Below are positions 10,926-20,581 of a stretch of 64,000 bases of DNA, in pieces; position 1 is the stretch's first letter; every line of letters begins with the position of its first letter. Source of the DNA: Promethearchaeota archaeon (lineage in GTDB: Archaea; Asgardarchaeota; Lokiarchaeia; Sigyniarchaeales; SOKP01); NCBI GenBank assembly GCA_016839765.1, contig JAEOTP010000016.1:134785-198784 (forward strand), read 5' to 3'. The translations under genes were made by a program, and so were the position numbers. The notes under the pieces were generated by a model that saw only the letters and a program-made list of their open reading frames with translations, was not told where the DNA came from and did no database searches.

Positions 10926-11013
10926 TAATACTGAATGCTTTTCAAGTAAGACAACAGTTCTCTCAATCCATATCATACTTTAAATGTTTTTCTCTATATT
11001 ACCGTTAACAACA

Positions 11014-11109
11014 TTAGTATATTACTGAAACTGTTACAGTTGTATTATATGCAAGTATTTTATCTGAAGTATCTCCTAACTCTTTAATCATAATACCTTT
11101 AGCAATTAA
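11014..11109 (-). pseudogene. Relic 3' fragment of a duplicated Lin0512-family gene
   Basis: Translates to LIAKGIMIKELGDTSDKILAYNTTVTVSVIY*, versus LIAKGILIEALGDSSDKILICNAAVTVSIDTY* in the adjacent intact gene; no ATG/GTG/TTG lies between the upstream in-frame TGA and the start of the homologous stretch. Confidence 0.85.
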
Positions 11110-11185
11110 ATGGATTGGAAATGAATTAGTTGCTAACTCAATTCATTTTTTATTTTAAAAGCTCTTTATTATATATTCAGCAACA

Positions 11186-11566
11186 TTAATAAGTATCAAT
11201 TGAGACAGTAACAGCAGCATTACATATTAAAATCTTATCAGAACTGTCTCCTAGAGCTTCAATCAATATTCCTTTAGCTATTAACCCTCCATTTACAACC
11301 TCAATAGAACTTTGTCCAAATGGAACTGCTTTAAGCACTGTATCTTCATCAATGCTCTCAGGGTAGGGAGTCCCAATTTTAACATGAACTTTCATTCCTA
11401 AAAGCTCTTTTGGCGTTCTTAAACCACAAATTTCTATTAATCCTGTAAGGCAATTATTAGAGATTGCATTTTTAACTGCTTTAATTGCTGCATTAGTACA
11501 ATTATCATTATGCCCATGCTGGTCTGCTCCCATGGCGAGCTGTACAATAAATCTTTTTTCATTCAT
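11186..11566 (-). CDS. Lin0512-family protein
   Basis: RFIVQLAMGADQHG, AAIKAVKNAI, AVPFG, GGL, NAAVTV motifs. Confidence 0.85.
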   Translation of the reverse strand: MNEKRFIVQLAMGADQHGHNDNCTNAAIKAVKNAISNNCLTGLIEICGLRTPKELLGMKVHVKIGTPYPESIDEDTVLKAVPFGQSSIEVVNGGLIAKGILIEALGDSSDKILICNAAVTVSIDTY

Positions 11567-11691
11567 AGTTTATCAAATTGTAGATTTTATACTTATATTT
11601 GTATTATCTAAAACTTTTATTTATTGGTTTTTACTTATTATTAAGGATTAAGTTAGAATTTAAGAATGAAAACAATTGAGATTGATTTTGA

Positions 11692-12807
11692 ATGAATAAT
11701 AATGTAGAAAAAACTTATGAGATCGATGAAAATATTTACCAACGTTTTGAAGCTAAATATCATATGATCTATCGGCGCACCTGGGATAAAAATTTGCTAA
11801 CATATGGTAAAATGTTCGAAGAAAACATAGAAAATCATATTAATTCGAAAAAAGAGGGTTATAGTCGGATTGATTTTGCTTTAGTCGCTGCAGGATGGAC
11901 AGTTTACGAACAATTTCCATTTGCTTTTGCTTGGGAAAGGAAAGCTGATTATGACATAGGGTATGGTATAAATTGGATGAAATCGAAATATAAAATTGAA
12001 GATCGTAAAATATTTTCTCAATCAATAAAAAAAGCAGCTAAATTTTATGGAGCTTCTTTAGTTGGGGTTGCAAACGTCAATGAAAATTGGGTTTACAAAT
12101 CGGGTTTTGTACGGCCCAATCTAACTAGTGAAGCAGAATCAAAAAAAGATGTCAGAGAAGGTCTCAATTCAGGATCTATATTAGAAACACCTATAAATCT
12201 ACCAGGAGGTATAGATAAAGTTGTTGTCATTGCTATTGAAATGGATCAAAATGCTATTTCCAGCGCTCCTGCTCAACCTGCTGCCGCTGCTGCTGCCGTG
12301 GCGTATTCAAAAATGGCATTTGTGATCTCCTGTTTAGGAGAATTTATAAGAAACTTAGGTTATCGAGCTATTCAATGTGGGAATGATACAGCTATTAGTA
12401 TACCCTTAGCAATCGATGCTGGACTTGGGGCTCTTGGAAGAAATGGATTGCTTATAACTCCAGAGTATGGACCTAGAGTAAGAATTTGTAAGGTTTTTAC
12501 TGATTTACCACTAGTTTCTGATAAACCAAATTTTAAGTTTATTCAAAATGTAAAAAAAAAGTGTAAGAATTGTTATAAATGTGCTGAAGCTTGTGAAACA
12601 AATGCTATAAGTAGGGAAAGAGAACCTAATTTTATACCGACTTCAATCTCTAATAATCCAGGCGTTAAGAAGTACTATGTGGATGTAGAAAAGTGTTTTG
12701 AGTTCTGGATAGAAAACTCAAGTGACTGTGGCAACTGCATCGCAGTTTGTCCTTATTCTAAAATTAAAAATTACTTGACGGCTCCGGAATTTTGGGATTC
12801 CAAATAA
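11692..12807 (+). CDS. Reductive dehalogenase (RdhA/QueG superfamily) cobalamin, 2x[4Fe-4S] protein
   Basis: KKAAKFYGASLVGVA, FIRNLGYRA, IPLAIDAGLGALGRNGLLITPEYGPRVR, CKNCYKCAEAC and CGNCIAVCPYS. Confidence 0.88.
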   Translation: MNNNVEKTYEIDENIYQRFEAKYHMIYRRTWDKNLLTYGKMFEENIENHINSKKEGYSRIDFALVAAGWTVYEQFPFAFAWERKADYDIGYGINWMKSKYKIEDRKIFSQSIKKAAKFYGASLVGVANVNENWVYKSGFVRPNLTSEAESKKDVREGLNSGSILETPINLPGGIDKVVVIAIEMDQNAISSAPAQPAAAAAAVAYSKMAFVISCLGEFIRNLGYRAIQCGNDTAISIPLAIDAGLGALGRNGLLITPEYGPRVRICKVFTDLPLVSDKPNFKFIQNVKKKCKNCYKCAEACETNAISREREPNFIPTSISNNPGVKKYYVDVEKCFEFWIENSSDCGNCIAVCPYSKIKNYLTAPEFWDSK

Positions 12808-12944
12808 GTTAAAATTTAAATTAGATTCCAAAAATTAGAACCCACAAATTGATGACATAAATTTTATGAGTTATTTTAAATATATTTATCAAAACAGATA
12901 AAATTTGTAACCAATTAATTAATGAAAATCATACAGTTCTGAAA

Positions 12945-14660
12945 ATGAAAATTTTCGATAAAACAGCAGTAGCTCAGTTTTTAGATGAATACATTCCGCA
13001 ACTTAAAGTCCAGGATATTGAAGTGCTAATCGAGATACCCCCCACAGAAATTGATTATACATATGCATTTCCATGTTTTAGTCTAGCTAAGGTTGAGAAA
13101 AAATCACCAAAAGTTATAGCAAAGGAACTAAAAAAACAAATCAAATTACCTGATTTCTTGGAAGATATTGAAGCAAATGGACCATATTTAAATATTAAAG
13201 TAAAATCACAGTATATTCTAAAGGAAATTTTTGAATTAAACGAAGATTATGGCAGATTAAGGTTAAAATTAGGGATTGCAGATGAAAAAAAGAAAAGAGT
13301 TGTAATTGAGTATCCTTCTCCTAATACAAACAAACCTTTACATTTTGGACACGTCAGAAATATGCTATTAGGTAAATCTCTCTCAAATTTACTAGAATAC
13401 AAGGGACATACTATATTTCAGGTTAATTTATATAATAATCGTGGAATACATATTTGCAAAAGCATGCTAGCTTATAAAAAATGGGGTAATAACAAAAAAC
13501 CAGATAAGAAAAGCGATCATTTTGTTGGAGATTACTACGTAAAGTATGGTGAAAAGTTAAAGCAAGATAAGGAATTAGAAAAAGAAGCTTATGAACTATT
13601 AAGATTGTGGGAAGCAGGTGATAAAGCAACAGTAGCTTTATGGAATAAAATGAATAAATGGGCAATAGATGGTTTCAATAAAACTTATGATAAATTAGGA
13701 ATTTCATTTGAAAAGGAATATTTTGAGTCAGATCTGTATTTAAAAGGTAAGGAGATAATTTTTGACGCCTTAAACAAGGGAACATTCGAAAAAGTTGAAA
13801 ATGGAGCTATAATCGCAAGATTAAAAGAAAAATATAACCTTGAAGATAAAATTTTAGTAAGAAGTGATGGAACTTCAATTTATATAACTCAAGATATTTA
13901 TTTAGCTTATAGGAAGAAAGCAGATTTTAATTATGATAAATCAATATATGTCGTTGGAGATGAACAAATTCAACATTTTAAATGGTTGTTTGCCATTTTG
14001 GATATGTTAGGGTTTAAGGAGGATAATTATCATTTGTCTTATGGAATGATAAGTTTACCAAGCGGTAAAATGAAGAGCAGAGAAGGCACAATTGTTGATG
14101 CAGACGATATCATTGAAGAAGTAGAGAACCTAGCTTTTCAAGAAGTGGAAAATAGGTATCCAAACATTCCTAGTGCTGAAAAGAAAAAGAGATCTGAAAT
14201 TATTGGCCAAGCAGCTCTGAAGTTTTACATTTTAAAATATAATCCCATTAAGGGTTTTGTATTTAATCCTAAGGAAAGTATTTCGTTTGAGGGTGAAACA
14301 GGGCCATACATTCAATATTGCTATGCGAGAATAGCTTCCATTATCAAAAAATCGGAACTTGAAGTAAGCACCAACTTAAACTGGGATTTACTAAGGCATG
14401 AAAAGGAGAAATTTTTAATAAAGCAATTAGTATATTTTCCTGAAACTATTGATTTATCAGAAAAAACATATAATATTCATTTAATTGCTCAATATCTATT
14501 GACTTTATGTCAATTGTTTAATTCATTTTATTCTTCATGTCAAGTAATTTCTGAAGAAAAAGAGCTGGAACGCGCAAGATTGTTATTAATTAAATGTGTA
14601 CAAATAGTTATTAAAATTGGATTGAATATGTTAGGGATTGAAACTTTAGAACAAATGTAA
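12945..14660 (+). CDS. argS: Arginine--tRNA ligase
   Basis: SPNTNKPLHFGH (HIGH), KMKSREG (KMSK), GETGPYIQYCYAR. Confidence 0.97.
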   Translation: MKIFDKTAVAQFLDEYIPQLKVQDIEVLIEIPPTEIDYTYAFPCFSLAKVEKKSPKVIAKELKKQIKLPDFLEDIEANGPYLNIKVKSQYILKEIFELNEDYGRLRLKLGIADEKKKRVVIEYPSPNTNKPLHFGHVRNMLLGKSLSNLLEYKGHTIFQVNLYNNRGIHICKSMLAYKKWGNNKKPDKKSDHFVGDYYVKYGEKLKQDKELEKEAYELLRLWEAGDKATVALWNKMNKWAIDGFNKTYDKLGISFEKEYFESDLYLKGKEIIFDALNKGTFEKVENGAIIARLKEKYNLEDKILVRSDGTSIYITQDIYLAYRKKADFNYDKSIYVVGDEQIQHFKWLFAILDMLGFKEDNYHLSYGMISLPSGKMKSREGTIVDADDIIEEVENLAFQEVENRYPNIPSAEKKKRSEIIGQAALKFYILKYNPIKGFVFNPKESISFEGETGPYIQYCYARIASIIKKSELEVSTNLNWDLLRHEKEKFLIKQLVYFPETIDLSEKTYNIHLIAQYLLTLCQLFNSFYSSCQVISEEKELERARLLLIKCVQIVIKIGLNMLGIETLEQM

Positions 14661-14667
14661 TTTTAAC

Positions 14668-15600
14668 TTGAAAACTAAGGGTTATTCAATGAAATTTTAT
14701 GATTTTGGAGAAGTAATTGATTCTAAAAGTAAATTTGTACTATTTGGAGTACCATGGGATTATTTAACTTCAATAAAAGCGCCTAATTCAGCAATAGCTC
14801 CTCAAAAAATACGTGAAGTAACCAAAGATTTAGCCTTGACTACTGAAATGGGTATAGAAATACCCAATTTAGAAGTGGTAGATTTAGGAGATGTTCAGAT
14901 AGAAGCCTTAGAAGTAGATAAAAATCTTAAAGAAATTAAGAATTTTATTTACCACATTTATAATCAGAAGAGGGATGTTATTCCAATAATGATTGGTGGG
15001 GATCATTTCTGTTCCTTTCCCGTTATACAAACCGTTGGAGATTTATTCGCAGATAAAGATCAATTTGGTATTTTGATATTTGATGCTCATCTTGATCTTT
15101 ATGAGGAATGGGATAAGGGAATATATTCACATGCTACTATCTCTCATCGAGTCTTTGATTTAGATTATGTAAATAATAATAATATTTTAATTGTAGGTAC
15201 AAGAGATATTGATATCCCAGAATTAAAGATTGCTAAGGAAGAAAAAATTGAACATCTGGATGCATATCAACTTCAAGACTATGGATTAAATAGATACATA
15301 CAAGAAATTATTAATTTTTTTACGAACTCAAAAATAAAATTTTTATATGTCTCAATTGACATTGATGTTTTAGAACCCTCGATAGCTCCTGGAACCGGAT
15401 TTGCAATTCCAGGTGGTTTATCTTATCGAGAATTATGGACAATTTTAAGACAAGTAGCTAATGAACTTAAAATAGTTGGATTTGATTTAGTTGAAGTTGC
15501 ACCAAATTTAGATCTTTCAAACAACTTGACTAGTAATTTAGCTGCTAAATTAATTATAGAGTTCATTTCTTTTATCTCAAATAATTTATATTTTAAGTAA
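14668..15600 (+). CDS. speB: Agmatinase (ureohydrolase family; likely start ATG 14689)
   Basis: GGDH, DAHLD, SHAT, SIDID, PGTG, DLVEVAP. Confidence 0.9.
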   Translation: MKTKGYSMKFYDFGEVIDSKSKFVLFGVPWDYLTSIKAPNSAIAPQKIREVTKDLALTTEMGIEIPNLEVVDLGDVQIEALEVDKNLKEIKNFIYHIYNQKRDVIPIMIGGDHFCSFPVIQTVGDLFADKDQFGILIFDAHLDLYEEWDKGIYSHATISHRVFDLDYVNNNNILIVGTRDIDIPELKIAKEEKIEHLDAYQLQDYGLNRYIQEIINFFTNSKIKFLYVSIDIDVLEPSIAPGTGFAIPGGLSYRELWTILRQVANELKIVGFDLVEVAPNLDLSNNLTSNLAAKLIIEFISFISNNLYFK

Positions 15601-15601
15601 A

Positions 15602-16558
15602 ATGCCAGTTGAAGATTTTAAAGAGAAATTGAAGAAAGTAAATCAATTTAAAATAGATAAAAGTGATAATCTTGTTGAATTAATAAAAGCATTAGCGGAC
15701 ACAGGATTTAATGCTAAGAGATTAGCTAAAGCTTGTGAAATTTATAAAGAAATGGTTGAAGATAAAGATTGTACTAAGTTTTTTGGATTAGCTGGAGCCT
15801 TAATACCAGCTGGTATGCAGGGAGTAATCTATGATTTTATAAAGCATGATTTTATTGATATTTTAGTTACTACTGGTGCCAGTTTAACTCATGATCTCGC
15901 AGAAACACTCGGATTCCACCATTTACAAGGTGAGTTTAAGATCCATGAATTAAATGATACTAACCTTCATGAAAATCAGTTAAACCGTATTTATGATGTT
16001 TTTTTACCTAATGAGGTATATGAAGGCATAGAAGATTTTGTTTCTGATTTAGTCATACCTGATAATAATATACCGGTTAGCTCTTTTCTAAAAACTCTAG
16101 GAGAACAATTACCAGATAACAAAAACTCAATATTAAAAATATGTGCAGAAAAGGAGATTCCGATATTTTGTCCAGCATTCACAGATTCGGGTTTAGCATT
16201 GCAATTAGGATTCCATCATCGAGATTTAAACTTAAACCATTTTAAAGATATGTTAAAAATGGTTGATTTAGCCTGGGATGCTAAAAATGCGGGCGTATGT
16301 ATCGTGGGGGGAGGCGTTCCAAAGAATTTTATTTTTCAATCGCTTCAATTTTGTCCCACTTCAGCGATTTATGCAATACAGATTACAATGGATCGTCCAG
16401 AACCAGGAGGTTTAAGCGGAGCAACATTAGAAGAAGCAATTTCATGGGGGAAGGTTAATGAGAAAGCTAAATATTCTACAGTAATTTCTGATGCAACGAT
16501 AGCTTTACCAATAATATTATTATATTTAAAAAAATCAAGAAAGCCAAAACAACCTTAA
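15602..16558 (+). CDS. dys: Deoxyhypusine synthase
   Basis: VTTGA, NRIYD, CPAFTDS, GGGVPKN, GGLSGATLEEAISWGK (active-site Lys); starts 1 nt after the speB stop. Confidence 0.95.
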   Translation: MPVEDFKEKLKKVNQFKIDKSDNLVELIKALADTGFNAKRLAKACEIYKEMVEDKDCTKFFGLAGALIPAGMQGVIYDFIKHDFIDILVTTGASLTHDLAETLGFHHLQGEFKIHELNDTNLHENQLNRIYDVFLPNEVYEGIEDFVSDLVIPDNNIPVSSFLKTLGEQLPDNKNSILKICAEKEIPIFCPAFTDSGLALQLGFHHRDLNLNHFKDMLKMVDLAWDAKNAGVCIVGGGVPKNFIFQSLQFCPTSAIYAIQITMDRPEPGGLSGATLEEAISWGKVNEKAKYSTVISDATIALPIILLYLKKSRKPKQP

Positions 16559-16575
16559 ATGAAACCCTTAAAACT

Positions 16576-17040
16576 TTAATAAAATAGCCCTTTTAATTTT
16601 TGATCAACATTTTGTGTATCTGAACCAAAAATTTGATCAAGTATTTCCTTAAAATCTTTAAATTGAGAAACTTCGGACAAATTTTTCCTTTCATTTTTCT
16701 TTTTAAATTCACTCGCTACATTAGTCAATAATGGTTTGAGGATTTTCTGTATATATTTATCAATTTTCTTTTCTCCATCAAAAATAGCATAGGATACTAA
16801 GGGTTCAGGATTTACACTATCTTCTGCTGTAATTTCATCATTAATAAAAGCTATAACAAACTTTTTTCCTTCAAAATATTCAATAGTATTCTGTGTAAAA
16901 GCAGTATCTGCAAAATTTAAGAGAGCTGTTAATAAACCGCTTCTTAAGTCTGTGTCAATTTTTCCTAATGTTGTCTTATGATAACTTTTTTTAACTAAAG
17001 TAAAACCTCTGAATAATAAACCAGCTTCTCGGATAACCAT
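16576..17040 (-). CDS. Longin-like domain protein (Asgard type)
   Basis: N-terminal beta-hairpin followed by the DLRSGLLTALLNFA helix typical of longin folds. Confidence 0.6.
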   Translation of the reverse strand: MVIREAGLLFRGFTLVKKSYHKTTLGKIDTDLRSGLLTALLNFADTAFTQNTIEYFEGKKFVIAFINDEITAEDSVNPEPLVSYAIFDGEKKIDKYIQKILKPLLTNVASEFKKKNERKNLSEVSQFKDFKEILDQIFGSDTQNVDQKLKGLFY

Positions 17041-17207
17041 TTTTAAGAATTTGAATTAGTTTAGTTTAATGCTTAATATTTACTTCGATATATTTCATTT
17101 ATTTTAATTATACAAGTTTTTTATAATAAATGCTTTGAATATTTTACCATTTAATTGGAATTTAGTTTTTAATAAGAAATAATATTTATCGAATATTTCT
17201 TAGAGTT

Positions 17208-18392
17208 ATGATTACTAAGCAAAAAATCAAATCATGTGCTGAAAATATCACGAAAAGTGTTAACATTAAAAATGACGGTGAATTTGTAGTAATAAGGGGT
17301 GGATTTCACTGCTATGAGCTTTTGGAGGAAATTGCATTAAGTGTCCTTAGAAAAGGAGGAATTCCACATATTGTTTCCACAAGTGATTATTTTGAGGAAA
17401 ATATTTGGCAAGACGATAAAATAAAAGCGAAAACATTAGAAAAACCACCATTTCCTTATATTGAAATGATTAAAAATATAGATGCTTACATAGTCATTGA
17501 ATACCCTGAAGATCCGTCTATACGAAACGAAGCACCAGAAAATAAGCTTGGCGCATATCAAAAATCAGTAGCCCCATTAAGAGAAGTCTTATATGGATTC
17601 AAAGAGGAATATGCACCAGGTAAAAAGTGGTGTTATGCTGCTTGGCCTTCAAAAAAAGCAGCAGAATTTTATAATGTTGATTATGAAATATATGAAAAAT
17701 TCATTGTTGATGGTATGAGTATTCCATCAGAAGAATTAACTAAAATCACAACGAATCTGGGAAAGTTTTTTGTTGATGCTAAGAAAGTATATGTTAGTGA
17801 TGATTTCGGTACAGATTTTTGGGTTTCCATAGAAAATCGAGCAAGAATTCTTGATGACGGATTACTTTCTGACGAACAAATTGCCTTAGGAAACTTAGGA
17901 GGCAATTTACCTGCAGGTGAAGTATTTTTTCCTCCAAATGAAAAACAAGGAGAAGGAAAGATATTTTGTCCATTAACAAAAGAACGTTATACTCATAAAA
18001 TTTTGAAAAATATTGAGCTTAATTTTAAGAATGGTAAGCTGTTGATGAACAAAGTTACAGCTGATACAAATTTAGATATCTTAATCGATGCTTTTAAACA
18101 ACGTGAAAAGATAGATAAAGTGAATAAAGTTCCAGAAATTAGGACATATAATGTTGCAGAGTTAGGAATTGGATGTAATCCTGTAATTACTAAAGCTATC
18201 GGATATATTCTTACAGATGAGAAAATAAATGGAAGTGTTCACGTTGCTTTTGGATTTAATAAATCATTCGGAGGAACATCAGTCTCTCAAATGCATTGGG
18301 ATTTTGTTACAACCCCAAAGGCAAATATTACTATTGAATATTTGGATGGAACTAAAAAGCAAATAATGGAAAATGGTAGATTAGTGGAATAA
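17208..18392 (+). CDS. Aminopeptidase, M29 family
   Basis: NLPAGEVF, AELGIG, DEKINGSVHVAFG, MHWDF. Confidence 0.92.
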   Translation: MITKQKIKSCAENITKSVNIKNDGEFVVIRGGFHCYELLEEIALSVLRKGGIPHIVSTSDYFEENIWQDDKIKAKTLEKPPFPYIEMIKNIDAYIVIEYPEDPSIRNEAPENKLGAYQKSVAPLREVLYGFKEEYAPGKKWCYAAWPSKKAAEFYNVDYEIYEKFIVDGMSIPSEELTKITTNLGKFFVDAKKVYVSDDFGTDFWVSIENRARILDDGLLSDEQIALGNLGGNLPAGEVFFPPNEKQGEGKIFCPLTKERYTHKILKNIELNFKNGKLLMNKVTADTNLDILIDAFKQREKIDKVNKVPEIRTYNVAELGIGCNPVITKAIGYILTDEKINGSVHVAFGFNKSFGGTSVSQMHWDFVTTPKANITIEYLDGTKKQIMENGRLVE

Positions 18393-18414
18393 CAATTAAA
18401 AAGGAAATTTTACA

Positions 18415-18888
18415 TCAGGGAACTTCTTCTAAGAATTCTATAATTTTTTCTAAAACTAATTCTTTAAAATTAATTCTATCAGCATTAAAATTATATTTCT
18501 TGATAAATGTCTCTTCCTCTGTTGAAAATCCTATGTATACTAATCCAACAGGCTTATCTATGGTTCCTCCTGTCGGTCCAGCAATTCCAGTAATTCCTAT
18601 TCCAATATCAACATTAGAAAGAATTCTTACGTTATTAGCTAATTGCCTTGCCACGGTCTCAGAAACAGCACCAAATGCTTCTATACTTTTTGGATCTACA
18701 TTTAGTAACTCTATTTTTGATTTATTACTATAACAGACAATAGCTCTCTCAAAAACATTTGAAGCCCCAGAAATATTAGTAATCATATGTGAAATATACC
18801 CACCTGTACACGATTCTGCGATGGCTAATAAAAACTTCTTTCTCTTGAACTCCTTGATGATGTTTTCAATTCTTTTCAACATTTTCAT
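18415..18888 (-). CDS. pncC: NMN deamidase, CinA C-terminal/PncC family
   Basis: AESCTGG, GAVSE, TGIAGPTGG, KPVGLVYIG. Confidence 0.9.
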   Translation of the reverse strand: MKMLKRIENIIKEFKRKKFLLAIAESCTGGYISHMITNISGASNVFERAIVCYSNKSKIELLNVDPKSIEAFGAVSETVARQLANNVRILSNVDIGIGITGIAGPTGGTIDKPVGLVYIGFSTEEETFIKKYNFNADRINFKELVLEKIIEFLEEVP

Positions 18889-19072
18889 AATTATAAAGAA
18901 ATCTTTTTATCTTTAGTTTCTCTTTAATTTAATTTAATAAACTGTAAAGATTAAAAGAACTTATTATTATTATAAAATCAATATAAATATAATCATAAAT
19001 AATAATAATTAAGATTTTGAATAGTTAAATTTAAATTTAGTATAATACGCGGAAAAGCTAAGGAGTGATTAA

Positions 19073-19618
19073 ATGACCGGTAATAAAGAAAAGAAGGATT
19101 TTGTATTCAAAATTACTGTGATCGGCGATGGAGGTGTCGGTAAAACATCTTTAATTAAAAAATATACTCAAGGCTCATTTCAAAAACAATACATTAAAAC
19201 CCTTGGAGCTCAATTTTCAAAATATGATGAAAAAGTAGAAGGAAATATGGTAAAACTTTTCTTTTGGGATATAGCTGGCCAAGCAGAGTTCAGTTTTATG
19301 AGACCTACTTTTTATAAAGGAAGTAAAGCAGCTATTATTGTTTTTTCACATGCTCTTGGGGAAGAAAAGAGTTTTAGTAATATTACTGAATGGCATGAAG
19401 ATATTAAGAAATATTGTGGAAATATTCCTATAATTCTATTTGGTAATAAAATTGATTTAATTGATATAGAAAAATTAGATAACGGTAAAGCAGAAGAGAT
19501 TGTAGATCAACGAAAATTTTTAGGATATTATAAAACGAGTGCAAAGACGGGAACTGGAGTATACGAAGCATTTCAAGCAATAATACAAGAATTACATAAT
19601 AAATTTAAAGATCAATAG
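19073..19618 (+). CDS. Rab/Ras-like small GTPase
   Basis: GDGGVGKTS, WDIAGQ, NKID, TSAK; SD-like AGGAGTGA upstream. Confidence 0.95.
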   Translation: MTGNKEKKDFVFKITVIGDGGVGKTSLIKKYTQGSFQKQYIKTLGAQFSKYDEKVEGNMVKLFFWDIAGQAEFSFMRPTFYKGSKAAIIVFSHALGEEKSFSNITEWHEDIKKYCGNIPIILFGNKIDLIDIEKLDNGKAEEIVDQRKFLGYYKTSAKTGTGVYEAFQAIIQELHNKFKDQ

Positions 19619-19649
19619 GTATTTTCACCTTAAATCCCAATGATTACTT

Positions 19650-19943
19650 ATGTTAGAAGAATTCCGAGAGGGTTATCCAAAAATTTTGTTTTTTTCATCA
19701 GCACACTGTGCACCTTGCAAACCAATAGAAGAAATTTTAAAAAGGATTAATATTTCTATGTTTGGAAAGAAATTATTTATTGAAAAAATTGATGTGGAAA
19801 AAAATTATAAATTAACCAGCAGTTATAAAATTACTTCACTACCTACAATCATTGTAGCAGACAGACGACTTACAGTAAATATACAAGAGGAAGATATAAT
19901 TGATGCAATTTTGTATGGATTTATTTCGTCAGTAAAAATATAA
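19650..19943 (+). CDS. Thioredoxin-family protein
   Basis: CAPC redox motif and SLPT cis-Pro loop. Confidence 0.88.
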   Translation: MLEEFREGYPKILFFSSAHCAPCKPIEEILKRINISMFGKKLFIEKIDVEKNYKLTSSYKITSLPTIIVADRRLTVNIQEEDIIDAILYGFISSVKI

Positions 19944-20003
19944 AATTTAATAAAAAGTAAATTAAAATTTAAATATAATAAAAATAAAGTAGGATAGATT
20001 GAT

Positions 20004-20483
20004 ATGGATCGCCAATTACTCTCAAAAATTTTAACCCAAATGAAGGATCATTTGAAAGAAGGAAAAGAAATTGGTGATATGAAAGTTGGAGCTTTACTTG
20101 CTCTAGGTCATCAATTGGAAGCTATCTTTTATTATTTAGGCCATGAACTAGGGACTATTTTAAAAATCAAACAAGGTCAAGATGCTTCGAAAATCCCTAT
20201 TCTTTTAAAAGAGATTATATCAGAATATAATATAGGGAAAGTAGAAATTTCTGAAAGTTCTGATGAAATAGTACAGTTGAAATTAAAAAACCATTCATCT
20301 ATTAAAGATTTAATTGGAAAGGGTATTAAAACAGAGGGAAGTTTTTGCTCCTTTGAAGCAGGGTTATTAGCAGGTATAGTAGAAAAAATGAGTAATATTC
20401 ATTGTTTTGCCCAAGAAATAAATTGTTGCTTACAAACTGGTAAAGATTACTGTGAATTCATGATAGTTTTCCAAAAGGATTAA
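20004..20483 (+). CDS. V4R (Bet3/TRAPP-fold-related) domain protein
   Basis: YYLGHELG, FCSFEAGLLAGI, EINCCLQTGKDYCEF. Confidence 0.85.
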   Translation: MDRQLLSKILTQMKDHLKEGKEIGDMKVGALLALGHQLEAIFYYLGHELGTILKIKQGQDASKIPILLKEIISEYNIGKVEISESSDEIVQLKLKNHSSIKDLIGKGIKTEGSFCSFEAGLLAGIVEKMSNIHCFAQEINCCLQTGKDYCEFMIVFQKD

Positions 20484-20581
20484 ATATGAATTTTCTATAT
20501 TAATTCTTTTATTTAGATTAAAGCTTTGAGGGTATTTTTAGTTAAATTTAACAATTTTAAAAAAATAATAAGATAAAGAGT

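Noticed and set aside
20004-20483. Calling the V4R proteins true TRAPPC3/Bet3 orthologs
   Set aside because: Only the general V4R Cys pattern is visible; orthology needs a profile search and phylogeny.
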